This document shows positions 35,297 through 44,762 of a stretch of DNA of 64,000 nt, in pieces; the first letter of the stretch is position 1; the number at the start of each line of letters is the position of its first letter. Made by a program: the position numbers and the translations under genes. The stretch comes from a virus. The stretch spans positions 32,001 to 96,000 of the IMG/VR virus record IMGVR_UViG_3300050821_001948; one strand, 5' to 3'. The notes under the pieces were generated by a model, which was not told the origin of the DNA, did no database searches, and was given only the letters and a program-made list of their open reading frames with translations.

Positions 35297-35437
35297 TCAA
35301 TCCGTGTAGGTGATCCGGTAGTCTGCCAAGTCGCGGTATTCATCCGTGGCTAGTTCCACCTGTACGTCGACTGCCTGCGACAGACTGTCACAATCCGCGC
35401 GGACGTTACCCTGAGAGTCGATTACTACGTATCGCAT
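35297..35437 (-). CDS. Small hypothetical protein (46 aa, not in ORF track)
   Basis: MRYVVIDSQGNVR...; GAAAGG RBS with ACACTCAC motif. Confidence 0.55.
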   Translation of the reverse strand: MRYVVIDSQGNVRADCDSLSQAVDVQVELATDEYRDLADYRITYTD

Positions 35438-36480
35438 GTTAAAGCCTTTCTGTGTGAGTGTTGTCTAGGTGTGCAACACGTAGCGCGCACCGTAGCGCGT
35501 GCCACATGCAACGAACCTAGCGCCGTGCTTAGCGCTCCGTGCCCCAGACAAGTTCGCCGTGTGCGTCGCGGCCGATGACGTTACCGCCGCAGAGCGCGTA
35601 CTCACGCTCGATCTCAGCGCCGAGCGTGCTCCAGAGTGAGACAGTCTCAACCGTCTCCGCCATAACCGTGGAGCGGCGGAAAGGGTTCGAGCCGACGTTC
35701 GTCCGTACTGCCGATGTCGCAGTAGCGCGCGGGTCGGCGCCGTTGTGCTTCACAACCTTGCGTCCGTTGAGTTCCATGTCCGTATCCGTTCTGTGTGAGT
35801 GTTCGTATGGCGTGTGCCATCGTGCGCGCTGTGAGTGTGAGTCACTAGACCAGAATCGTCGGCGCGCGGACATGGCAGAGAATGAATCGGCCCGATGCAA
35901 TGATGCACACCCGATGTCTATTCCCTACCAGCTAATCGCGCGGCGCTTGTTAGGTGCCAGACCTTGCCAGCACTCTCGCCGCTAGGGTCGGGCATCACGG
36001 GGAGTTATTATCGCTGACTCCCAGGCCACTCGCCACCATCACGATGTCTTGCACTACCAGAATCGACCGATGCCTACGCCTGCCATACCGCCATTAGGGT
36101 GACGTTTCCGTCTCACTGTCTCGACGGCATCGGGCCAGTGAGAGTCTAGCCGCCTATGCAAGCAGTCTACCTGTCTATCTGGCCTAGCTGCCTATGCTTT
36201 GCGATTCGATATCGCAGATACACTACCTACAATGTTCGAACACCTGTTCGATAGCCCCCCCGTTAGAAGTAGTCAAACCCTCAATTACTTTGTGTTATAA
36301 CGCCGGGACCGCTCGAACATTTTGGGCGATTTCAAATTCGGATTATTACGAAAACGGACGTTTTAATTTCACCCGTTTGGCGGTTGTATTGGCCTTTATT
36401 TGACATGGCTGCTAAACTAAGCGCAAAGCGCTTGACACCCGGCGTAATCAGTAGTAACGGACGTTTGAATTGGAGTTGGA

Positions 36481-36639
36481 ATGAGTGGGGAAGCGCGAGA
36501 AATTGCCCGCATGCGGGAAGAGATGTATGGGATGATCGAATATCTGGAACTCGAACTCAAGGATGATCCCAGTTTCATGGTTCACCCGGTCGATGTAATC
36601 GTAGACCTTCGATATGCCCTTGGTGAGATTGAAAGATGA
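36481..36639 (+). CDS. Small hypothetical protein (52 aa)
   Basis: GGAG RBS; ATGA overlap with the phosphatase. Confidence 0.55.
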   Translation: MSGEAREIARMREEMYGMIEYLELELKDDPSFMVHPVDVIVDLRYALGEIER

Positions 36640-37146
36640 CGACCCAAATGTTTGAGGAATACGATCCAACCCGAATCGATATCCAATTCGATCCAACCGC
36701 GAAGAGAATGGTTGGAGTTGCCTATCATGGCAACACTCCGTTTGACGTACCTTTATCTCGGAGATCGCGCCTAATATTTGGCAGGGTGGCTGCGAGAATG
36801 GATTAATCCTTCCAGCACATATTCGACACTTGGTGTCACTTTATCCGTGGGAGCAGTACACCACCCATGACGATCTGGACTCGATCCTGGTTGTGAAAAT
36901 GTACGACTCGGTTGACCAGGGCTTTGGTCAGGTAGAACAGATCGCCCGATGGGTTGACTCAGTGGCTGACTCAGCTCCGGTATTAGTTCACTGCCAGGCC
37001 GGTTTAAACCGCAGCTCCCTGGTTGTGGCGCGCGCCCTTATGTTTCGCGGGTATAACGGAGAGGAAGCCATCGATCTGGTCGCGAGAAGCGTTCACCAGC
37101 ATGTTTATGTAATCCGGCCTTCGAAGAGTACCTACTAAATCTTTAA
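36636..37146 (+). pseudogene. Dual-specificity/tyrosine phosphatase with two apparent 1-bp deletions
   Basis: HCQAGLNRS P-loop; frames join as PFDVP|FISEIAPNIWQGG and DLV|REKRSPACLCNPAF. Confidence 0.75.
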
Positions 37147-37184
37147 CATTAACTTCCGTTTTCGGTTGAGCCGATACAATGGGT

Positions 37185-38276
37185 ATGGCTAACCAACTAA
37201 AATACGGTCGTCGTCCGCCCAAGAATTCCCCCGCCCTCAAGTTTGCAAGCTTTCGCAGCGCGGTAGTTCCAACTCATCCAACCACCGAAGACTACCTCGC
37301 GCCACTCGCGGGCTGGCAGGTTCTTGGAAATGATGTTGCTGGTGACTGCAATGCAGTGGCTTGGGCTAACATGCGTCGCCTTGTAACTGCCACCTTAGCG
37401 ACTGAGAACTATCCGTCTCAGGACGAGGTGTGGGCTTTTTATAAGACGCAGAACCCAACTTTCGATCCGAACGGAACTTCTGCCGATAATGGCCCCGGCT
37501 CCAACGCTGACCAGGGTATGGATATTCAGAGTGGTCTTGAATATCTTCAGGCTAACGGTGGACCTGATGGGGTTAAGGCAATCGCTTTCGCTAAGGTTGA
37601 CCATACTAATCTCGCTGAGGTTGAGGCGGCGCTCGCGATCTTCGGTTCTCTTTGGCTCGGCATTACAGTCCTTGCGGCGAACCAGACGGAGTTCTCGAAC
37701 GGCCAACCGTGGAGCAATGTTCCCAACTCCCCTATTGATGGCGGTCACGCAATCCTTGGTGGCGGCTACACCCCAGATATTAGATTCATCACCTGGGGCC
37801 AAGAGACTGAATTCGACCCCAGCTTCTGGAGCGGCTCCGCTGGCGGTAGCCCGTTGGTTGAAGAGGCATGGGTTGTTATCTGGCCAGAGCACTTCGGTTC
37901 GAAAGAATTTCTTACGGGCGTAAATCTTGCTCAGCTCGCAATTGATTACAACGCCTTGACTGGCGGAACCCTGGTTGTTCCTACCCCTCAACCACCTACC
38001 CCGGCCCCAGTACCGGCCCCGGCTCCTCAACCAACGCCGACTCCGGAACCTATCCCAGCACCCCCTGCTCCACCAACACCCGTGCCACCCATCCCGGAGC
38101 CAACCCCTAGCCCAACTCCAGTTCCGGTACCGACGCCTCAGCCATCTCCTATCGTAGATAAGTTTGATCTTGCACTAGCCCAGGTGGCAACTTCGTGGGT
38201 TAAGAATCGCCACATCTTCAGTAATCACAAAATGGCAGTAGCTCTCAAGCAGTGGCTGGCCGGTAAGGGACTCTAA
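37185..38276 (+). CDS. Papain-like cysteine peptidase domain protein with Pro-rich tail
   Basis: GDC...A, GGHAI, TWG motifs; alternative start 37179. Confidence 0.7.
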   Translation: MANQLKYGRRPPKNSPALKFASFRSAVVPTHPTTEDYLAPLAGWQVLGNDVAGDCNAVAWANMRRLVTATLATENYPSQDEVWAFYKTQNPTFDPNGTSADNGPGSNADQGMDIQSGLEYLQANGGPDGVKAIAFAKVDHTNLAEVEAALAIFGSLWLGITVLAANQTEFSNGQPWSNVPNSPIDGGHAILGGGYTPDIRFITWGQETEFDPSFWSGSAGGSPLVEEAWVVIWPEHFGSKEFLTGVNLAQLAIDYNALTGGTLVVPTPQPPTPAPVPAPAPQPTPTPEPIPAPPAPPTPVPPIPEPTPSPTPVPVPTPQPSPIVDKFDLALAQVATSWVKNRHIFSNHKMAVALKQWLAGKGL

Positions 38277-38278
38277 TA

Positions 38279-39382
38279 ATGACGACCATTGCCTACGATA
38301 AGCCCGTCGAGGATCTGGTTGCGCAGCTTAGCGCAACAGGTCACGTAACCCACGACGCATACAAAAAGACTTCTGTCACTATCCACCACAATGCTGGCAT
38401 CATGACCCATGAAGATATTCTTCGCGCCTGGGTAGTTCGACCATCCTCAGCACACTTCGACGTAGATGGTGCTGGTTCCGTGGCTCAGTATGTCAAGGTT
38501 GATGAGTACGCTTGGGCTGTCGGGAACACCGAAGGTAATCAGTTCTCAATCAGTATTGAAATGTGCAACTCGACCCTCAGCCCGGATTGGCAGGTTTCCG
38601 CGACTACATGGCAGGCCGCTGCCCGTCTAGCTGGATGGCTCTTCGCATTCGAAATCGGCGCTCGACCGGACTCAAATAACTTCTTCCAGCACGACCACTG
38701 GTCCGCTACTGGATGCCCAGGTCCCTATATCGCCTCTATTTGGGGTCAGGTTATGGCTGCGGCGCAGGCTGCTTATGATTCATTCGTGGGGCACTCTTCC
38801 CCGACCCCCGCTCCCACCCCAACCCCGGTGAGCCCACCGAGTTCGGTACTGAGTCTTGGTAGTAAGGGTGCGGCCGTTTCCGCCATGCAGGCGGAGTTGA
38901 ACGCTAAGGGCTTCGGGCCGGTTGTGGTAGATGGAGACTTTGGTCCAGCAACTCAGGCTACTCTGAAGGTTGCTCAGGCCGCGCTTCATCTAGCAGTAGT
39001 AGATGGTATTTATGGTCCGAACACTCAGGCGGCTCTCGCTGCGTATAGCAAGCCGCTGACTACGAACCCAGCCCTGGTGACAAATCTCCAGAACGACGTC
39101 CACGTGCTACCTGATGGCAAATGGGGCAATGGGACTGATGTTGCACTGACATGGGTAATGTCTGTTGCGCAGAGCCAGTCGCTACCTGGAGATATTAAGG
39201 CGCTCCAGACCTGGGTTGGCGCCACACCGGACGGATTCTGGGGTCAGCTCTCTAAGCTCGCGCTTGTTGCGACCGTGAGGAAGATCCAGGGATCTCTTGG
39301 GGTTGCGCAGGATGGGTCCGTTGGGCCGATCACTCTTGCGGCCTTCAACAAGGCTCGCGTAGCTAACCTTAACAAGTTCTGA
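38279..39382 (+). CDS. Endolysin: amidase_2 plus peptidoglycan-binding domains
   Basis: HH, SAHF, AWAVG...N..SISIE, H..WSATGCPG; repeated DG.FGP.T motifs. Confidence 0.9.
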   Translation: MTTIAYDKPVEDLVAQLSATGHVTHDAYKKTSVTIHHNAGIMTHEDILRAWVVRPSSAHFDVDGAGSVAQYVKVDEYAWAVGNTEGNQFSISIEMCNSTLSPDWQVSATTWQAAARLAGWLFAFEIGARPDSNNFFQHDHWSATGCPGPYIASIWGQVMAAAQAAYDSFVGHSSPTPAPTPTPVSPPSSVLSLGSKGAAVSAMQAELNAKGFGPVVVDGDFGPATQATLKVAQAALHLAVVDGIYGPNTQAALAAYSKPLTTNPALVTNLQNDVHVLPDGKWGNGTDVALTWVMSVAQSQSLPGDIKALQTWVGATPDGFWGQLSKLALVATVRKIQGSLGVAQDGSVGPITLAAFNKARVANLNKF

Positions 39383-39585
39383 TAGGTTGACGTGAAGTGC
39401 CCTAAGTGGGATGCTTGTTAAATGACGGGACACCGCAAGTGGGGCGACATTTACGCCGAAGCTCTCGCCTCGGGTAGGATCACCGAAGAGGGCGTCAAAC
39501 GAGCGCGTAAGGAACTGCTCGCCCAGATTGAAGTATGGGATAATGAGGCATTGACTTCCGGTGAGCCCTGTGAGAAGATCGATGG

Positions 39586-39792
39586 ATGAGAGCCGTCCAC
39601 GGTAAAGAACGCTACATGCGTACTTTGTATGGGAAAAGGGACAGAAGGTCCGAAGTCCAGAAAGCCAATGATGAGGCACGGCGCAAGCGACACAAGATTA
39701 CATTCCTCAGCGTCGTAGCCATCTTATTGATTCTGATTGTCGCCGGTAATATTATTCATGGCCTGTTTATCCTGTTTGGATATCAGAGCTAA
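39586..39792 (+). CDS. Small membrane protein
   Basis: C-terminal TM segment near the endolysin; holin role unproven. Confidence 0.5.
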   Translation: MRAVHGKERYMRTLYGKRDRRSEVQKANDEARRKRHKITFLSVVAILLILIVAGNIIHGLFILFGYQS

Positions 39793-39960
39793 AAGAGCGT
39801 TCCTTGCTCCATGGGGCGCGAACTCGGGAACATTATTCCGTCCTTGTGGTAAGCCCGCACATCCTCAGCGCGCTCCTTAGAAGTGAGAACGCCAGTCAAG
39901 GAACAGTTACTACACTCAACCAGGTAGCAGTCTCCGTTCCGAATAATCTTGACGGAGTGC

Positions 39961-40152
39961 TTACTCATCCCCGAGGTACCCCATCTCCCACGTGGGATGA
40001 ACGGACACCATTTGGCCGGTATCGAGAAGGAGATTCAGCCGACCATTGTCAGCGCTAAGGATTCGCCCAGGGAAACCCTGAAATAATACTCGACCTCCGC
40101 GCTTAGCTGGAACGTTGTAGTAGTTCCGAACGTAAGCCATGTCGCCGCGCAT
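39961..40152 (-). CDS. Hypothetical protein
   Basis: YVRNYYNVPAKRGGRV...HPTW, resembling a widespread small phage protein. Confidence 0.7.
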   Translation of the reverse strand: MRGDMAYVRNYYNVPAKRGGRVLFQGFPGRILSADNGRLNLLLDTGQMVSVHPTWEMGYLGDE

Positions 40153-40793
40153 TATGCCCGCTTCATCGCCATAGGGTGCCCAGTGGAACGGGTACGCTGT
40201 GAGGCGGAAGAACCATGATGGTAAGGTAGCTGCACTTCGCGCGTGTTAGAAGGATTAGCAACCTCGCTAGCGGTCAGCGTAATAATCTTCCGACCCTTCC
40301 TCTTACCAATGAAGCCCTTACGGTAATTCGGGGGGCCAATCGGCGTTGGGTTCTGCCTACGCGGGGGAGTGGGTTCCCAAGGAGTATTGGCACTCTCGTT
40401 AATATCCGGCCCCGCAGTAGAGCCTTCATCGAAAATCATGATTGGGAGGGAACTCGTGTCATTCATCGTACAGCATCCTCCTTCGCCAACGCGTAAAGCT
40501 CAGCATGAGCTTCTGCCTCAGGGCCGGTGAACACACCAACCACCTTCGACGTCAAAGTATCAACGACTTCGAACCGCTTCCGGGTGGCACTCCGGTCGGG
40601 AAACGTGAAATCCTCACACGTGAAATATCTGTCCATACCCTTATCCTCCCATATGCCGGTTTTAAGTGACCCCTGACACGCCGGTCAGGTTTTGATTTTC
40701 GAGGGATACGCTCAGTAGCCCTGTAACCTAATTCCTAAAATTTTCGCGATTGGAAAACATTTGATTCAACCGCTGACCTACCGATAAATAGGT

Positions 40794-41024
40794 ATGAACC
40801 TTTCTGTGACAAACACTGCTACTCGCTTGACGCTTCCTCAGGGTGCTCTCGTTATTCTTCAGAACCTGGGAAGCGGTGCGGTCTACGTTGATCAAGACGA
40901 TAGCGTAAGTAGCACCACTTCTTTTAAGCTGGCGTCTGGTGACAAGTACCAGTTCCCTAGAACGGCTGGCTCAATCTGGGTAATTAGCGATGGTGCGGCT
41001 GATCTTCGGATTCTTGTTGCTTAG
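40794..41024 (+). CDS. Small beta-rich protein, possibly virion-associated
   Basis: QN.G...VYV pattern; start 14 nt from ACCGATAA. Confidence 0.7.
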   Translation: MNLSVTNTATRLTLPQGALVILQNLGSGAVYVDQDDSVSSTTSFKLASGDKYQFPRTAGSIWVISDGAADLRILVA

Positions 41025-41499
41025 GTAGTCGCTCTACATTACCGCAATTGTCCCACCTGGCGTTACACTCCCAATTTTCGCACTCAAATCCTGTTAAGTC
41101 TCGGTGCTCTGAATAGGCCATGGAAGTATAGGTAAGTTCAACCTCAATATCGTTTCCACAATATGGACATACGAGACGCCTAGGTTCTACCACATTATCC
41201 ATTTCTCTCTCACAATTCCTCACTAAACCCGATTATCTCGGGTTTTTTGCGTTTTTCCAAGTAATAAACGAGTGGCCCGTAGCCGCTCGGGCGCCGAGTT
41301 CCGAGACAAGCTACGAGCCACTCGCAACTGGCGGATCAGGTCACTTCGCACAGTGACCGATGCGCAGAGCGTGGCAGGCACCGCTCGTTGACCAGTTGAG
41401 CAGAAACTTAGCCACCCCGGAAACATTTGTCAAGCCCCTAGATCTGGGTGGAGTGTCGTGCTAGAGTCTCTCCTAGCCGAAATTTTCTTGGAGGAAACC

Positions 41500-41727
41500 A
41501 TGTCTACCGACGTTATGTCAGATCTGAGCATCTCACCTACCTCTACGGATGTTCCCGATGACCCAGATGGCCTAGCCCATGTTGCGGATGAGGTAGAAAT
41601 TACCCGGAGTGCAGTAGAGGGAACCGTAGTTACGGCTCTCTGCGGCTACAAGCTCCAACAGGTACGCGATGCGGTTGGTCTTCCCATCTGTGAAGAGTGT
41701 CGCAGGCTTAACCAACTACTTCTTTGA
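41500..41727 (+). CDS. DUF3039-family protein
   Basis: AH......I..SAVEG..V.ALCG...PIC.EC; GGAGG RBS. Confidence 0.75.
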   Translation: MSTDVMSDLSISPTSTDVPDDPDGLAHVADEVEITRSAVEGTVVTALCGYKLQQVRDAVGLPICEECRRLNQLLL

Positions 41728-41775
41728 CGGGTAAGTTATACTGAAGGTTACATATACTACTGGTCGGAGAAGATT

Positions 41776-42147
41776 ATGGGCTGGAACGAGCTGAGCGTAC
41801 CTGATGAGCCGGAAGGAACCGGCTGGGTTACAGCACCCCTTCTAACTACCTCAGAGATAGCCCAGGTAATTCTTTGTCGTTATACGGCTGAACGCCCATC
41901 GAGGGTAGACGTTGTGCACGGCATTGAATTAAACACCCCACCGGAGTGTTTAGCAAGGATGAAAGGCTTACACCCGGACGAAGACTGCCTGACGATTTTC
42001 GTCTCAGCTAGAAGTTTAGATGCTGGCATATCCGCAGAGGCTTTCACCTTAGAATTACGGACCAGCGACCCATCTAGTGAACCCCTTCATGCTGGACTCC
42101 TCTTCGAGGCTGACCTTGATGACGAGATTCCGCTCGCTGATGAGTAA
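41776..42147 (+). CDS. Hypothetical protein
   Basis: ORF with RBS, overlaps next gene. Confidence 0.6.
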   Translation: MGWNELSVPDEPEGTGWVTAPLLTTSEIAQVILCRYTAERPSRVDVVHGIELNTPPECLARMKGLHPDEDCLTIFVSARSLDAGISAEAFTLELRTSDPSSEPLHAGLLFEADLDDEIPLADE

Positions 42148-42352
42148 ATCCATCCCGTGCGTTTGTGGCGGTATAAATAGCGCGTGTACTCAATGTTCCG
42201 GTTCTGGGTTTGTCTTGAAAATTAACTGTCGTAGGTGTAATGGAACCGGAAACGACTCGGGTATTGCAAATGTCGGCGGAAAATGCGTAGATTGTCGCGG
42301 TTTAGGTTGGCGCGAGCTAGATAATCCTATTCTGACTGATGAGTTTGAGTGA
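42140..42352 (+). CDS. DnaJ-type CxxCxGxG zinc-finger protein
   Basis: CTQCSGSG, CRRCNGTG, CVDCRGLG. Confidence 0.7.
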   Translation: MSKSIPCVCGGINSACTQCSGSGFVLKINCRRCNGTGNDSGIANVGGKCVDCRGLGWRELDNPILTDEFE

Positions 42353-42930
42353 TCTATCCTTGGAGTAAGGCTGTCGTAATAAATTTGCCCTCAAGGAAGG
42401 ATAGATTAGAACAATTCTCTCTTGGCGCCGAAAAGCAGGAGATCAATTTCACTACATGGCCAGCTATGGCTCATCCATTAGGAGCAGTTGGCTGCTTGGC
42501 GTCACATCGGGAGGTTTTAAGGGCATTCAAGGATTCCGGTGACGAATGTTGGGCCATATTCGAAGATGACTGCTTATTTGTGGACAACTTTCAAGAATTG
42601 TTCCATAACTTCTTCGATCTAGTTCCGGTGTGTTGGGATGCCCTGTGGCTTGGTGGTAGGCACTTGGATCATCCCATACGTATGCACGAGCACGCCCGAG
42701 TCATTACTAAGGTGAGCCTTAGTCATGCTTATGTGATATCACACCGCGCAGTAGATGCGCTACTCGGTTTAACGGAAAGAGGGTTGCCGGGTACCTCTCA
42801 CGTTGATAAGATGTGGAGTGACGCACTGGGTCCTCGTGGTTTAACTTATGCTCCAGTTCCTTGGCTTTGTGGGCAATCTGATGGATGGTCTGATATAATT
42901 CAGTCTCATTTGTCAGAAAGATGGGGTTAA
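42349..42930 (+). CDS. Glycosyltransferase family 25
   Basis: INL..R.DR, GC..SH, IFEDD, HAYVIS, HVD. Confidence 0.85.
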   Translation: MIYPWSKAVVINLPSRKDRLEQFSLGAEKQEINFTTWPAMAHPLGAVGCLASHREVLRAFKDSGDECWAIFEDDCLFVDNFQELFHNFFDLVPVCWDALWLGGRHLDHPIRMHEHARVITKVSLSHAYVISHRAVDALLGLTERGLPGTSHVDKMWSDALGPRGLTYAPVPWLCGQSDGWSDIIQSHLSERWG

Positions 42931-42934
42931 TCGC

Positions 42935-42963
42935 TTGACGGGGTAGAAGCTGTCTGATAACGT
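42935..42963 (+). promoter_or_regulatory. SigA-type promoter of the tRNA operon
   Basis: TTGACG-N17-TAACGT with extended TG. Confidence 0.6.
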
Positions 42964-43182
42964 ATGATTGCAACGTCCGATTCCGATAGTTGGACATTAT
43001 AACCGAGATAAGGTACAGGAGGTAATCATGATTGATACGCGCGGACTAGGGACAAACCCATCCGTTAATCAGTCATGGGCGAAGCGATTCCAGCCCACCT
43101 CGGCCTACAGTGGTGAGGAGCAGGACTAGACTAAAATCTAAGCCTGCGCCCCTGTCCACTGGATGAGGGGCGTTTTACATAT

Positions 43183-43254
43183 AGGGGATTAGTTCAGCGG
43201 TAGAACAGCAGTCTCCAAAACTGCGTGTCGGGAGTTCAAGTCTCTCATCCCCTG
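43183..43254 (+). tRNA. tRNA-Trp(CCA)
   Basis: Cloverleaf, loop CTCCAAA. Confidence 0.95.
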
Positions 43255-43380
43255 CTAGACCGCCAGACCGGAGCTTGAGGCCGAGGTTCGATGTGTCTCT
43301 GGTAAGACTTGAAAACTGGACAGTGTGACCAAACGGTGTAGAAACGAGCGTTACTTCTCGTTTTACTACTGCACCGTCAT

Positions 43381-43456
43381 CGGGATATGGAGGAGTATGG
43401 TCATCCTCGCCTGTTTTGGAAACAGGAGATCGCAGGTTCAAATCCTGCTATCCCGA
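43381..43456 (+). tRNA. tRNA-Pro(TGG)
   Basis: Cloverleaf, loop TTTGGAA. Confidence 0.9.
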
Positions 43457-43462
43457 CTGGAG

Positions 43463-43534
43463 TCGTTAAGGGTGTTGAGGGCAGCATACCGGCCGGTGAG
43501 GACGGAGGCTTCGGTTCGAATCCGGATTAACGAT
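43463..43534 (+). tRNA. Atypical tRNA-like element (loop CGGTGAG)
   Basis: Acceptor TCGTTAA/TTAACGA, D and T arms present; G at position 33. Confidence 0.5.
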
Positions 43535-43540
43535 TCGTTT

Positions 43541-43612
43541 GTGGTACAGGTGTTCTCGGTGACACGCCAGTCTTCCAAACTGGAGAACGGGGTTCGATCC
43601 CCCGGTGCCGCA
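43541..43612 (+). tRNA. tRNA-Gly(TCC)
   Basis: Cloverleaf, loop CTTCCAA. Confidence 0.9.
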
Positions 43613-43659
43613 CTAGACCCGGAGCGATCCCTAGTGAAAGTGGCTACATCGCCGGGTAT

Positions 43660-43726
43660 GCCAGACATTCTGGGACTAACGAGCCTTCGTACGGCTTGTA
43701 GTGGAGTTCGATTCTCCAGTTTGGCT
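43660..43726 (+). tRNA. tRNA-Thr(CGT), shortened D arm
   Basis: GCCAGAC/GTTTGGC acceptor, loop TTCGTAC. Confidence 0.7.
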
Positions 43727-43734
43727 CGTATTTT

Positions 43735-43807
43735 GCCAGATTAGCTCAGTTGGAAGAGCGCCTCTCTTGTAAAGAGGATGTCGCGGGTTCGATTCCTGCA
43801 TCTGGCT
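43735..43807 (+). tRNA. tRNA-Thr(TGT)
   Basis: Cloverleaf, loop CTTGTAA. Confidence 0.95.
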
Positions 43808-43837
43808 CTGGTGATGTTTTGTTAGCATCACTCATTT

Positions 43838-43910
43838 GCTGCCGTAGCTCATCTGGTAGAGCACTTCCCTGGTACGGAAGAGGTGCAAGGTTCGAGTCCT
43901 TGTGGTAGCT
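43838..43910 (+). tRNA. tRNA-Thr(GGT)
   Basis: Cloverleaf, loop CTGGTAC. Confidence 0.95.
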
Positions 43911-43985
43911 CTTGAAGCGGTATTCAATAGGGACATCGGGCCATATGGAGCCCGATAGAACGCCGGTTTCCGGTGACCGCTCGTT

Positions 43986-44058
43986 GTGAAAGTAGCTCAG
44001 TTGGTAGAGCGCCACCTTGCCAAGGTGGAGGTCGCGGGTTCGAGCCCCGTCTTTCGCT
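43986..44058 (+). tRNA. tRNA-Gly(GCC)
   Basis: Cloverleaf, loop TTGCCAA. Confidence 0.95.
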
Positions 44059-44197
44059 CAATGCACTAACTGGAACCCTGGCTGACGCTAACCACGCTCA
44101 GAGGGGTTCCGTGGTGGTGCAGGATGTATGGAAAGTGTTCTGCGGCAGGCGGTAGGTTGGTTACCTATGCGCACGTCGAAATTACTCCCGTACCTCT

Positions 44198-44269
44198 GGT
44201 TCTTTAGCTCAGTTGGTAGAGCAAGCGGTTGAAGCCCGCTGTGCGAAGGTTCAAGTCCTTCAGGAACCA
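44198..44269 (+). tRNA. tRNA-Phe(GAA)
   Basis: Cloverleaf, loop TTGAAGC. Confidence 0.9.
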
Positions 44270-44355
44270 CTGGAATCGATGGAAAAGAGGTAGTAGCCCA
44301 ACGCGGTTGCGTCTTACGGTAACCATTCCGTGATTATGGGAGATTGATTCCGTAT

Positions 44356-44428
44356 TGGAGAGTTGAGTAATTGGTAGCTCACCTGACTTTGAATCAGGCC
44401 GGTGTAGGTTCGAATCCTGCTTCTCCAG
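44356..44428 (+). tRNA. tRNA-Gln(TTG)
   Basis: Cloverleaf, loop CTTTGAA. Confidence 0.95.
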
Positions 44429-44494
44429 CTAGAGTGGGTATCACGGCTGTCTTAGGACCGGATATTAAACGATCTACAGACGCCCGCTCGTTAT

Positions 44495-44567
44495 TGGCTA
44501 CTAGGGGAACGGTAGACCCACTCGGCTCTGACCCGAGATCTTCCTAGTTCGAATCTAGGGTAGCCAG
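44495..44567 (+). tRNA. tRNA-Gln(CTG)
   Basis: Cloverleaf, loop CTCTGAC. Confidence 0.9.
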
Positions 44568-44591
44568 CTTATGCTACAATGTAGACAGCAT

Positions 44592-44664
44592 GTCCCACTA
44601 GCCCAACGGTAGAGGCAACGGGTTTAAGCCCCGTCTAGTGTCCGTTCGAATCGGACGTGGGATA
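44592..44664 (+). tRNA. tRNA-Leu(TAA)
   Basis: Cloverleaf, loop TTTAAGC, short variable loop. Confidence 0.9.
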
Positions 44665-44680
44665 CGACATAGTAAGACGA

Positions 44681-44754
44681 GCGCCTGGGACCGAACGGTT
44701 TGACGGTACTGAGCTTATATCTCAGCGGACAAGGTTCAATTCCTTGCGGGCGTA
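44681..44754 (+). tRNA. tRNA-Ile(TAT)
   Basis: Cloverleaf, CTGAG-CTTATAT-CTCAG. Confidence 0.85.
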
Positions 44755-44762
44755 CGTAACAT

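Noticed and set aside
711-35985. Plus-strand ORFs in the left arm other than 22240..23550
   Set aside because: Antisense shadows of tightly coupled minus-strand genes; no RBS or motifs
22430-38830. Pro/Thr-rich repeats as CRISPR or VNTR
   Set aside because: Degenerate in-frame linkers without a repeat-spacer pattern; no CRISPR array was seen in the window
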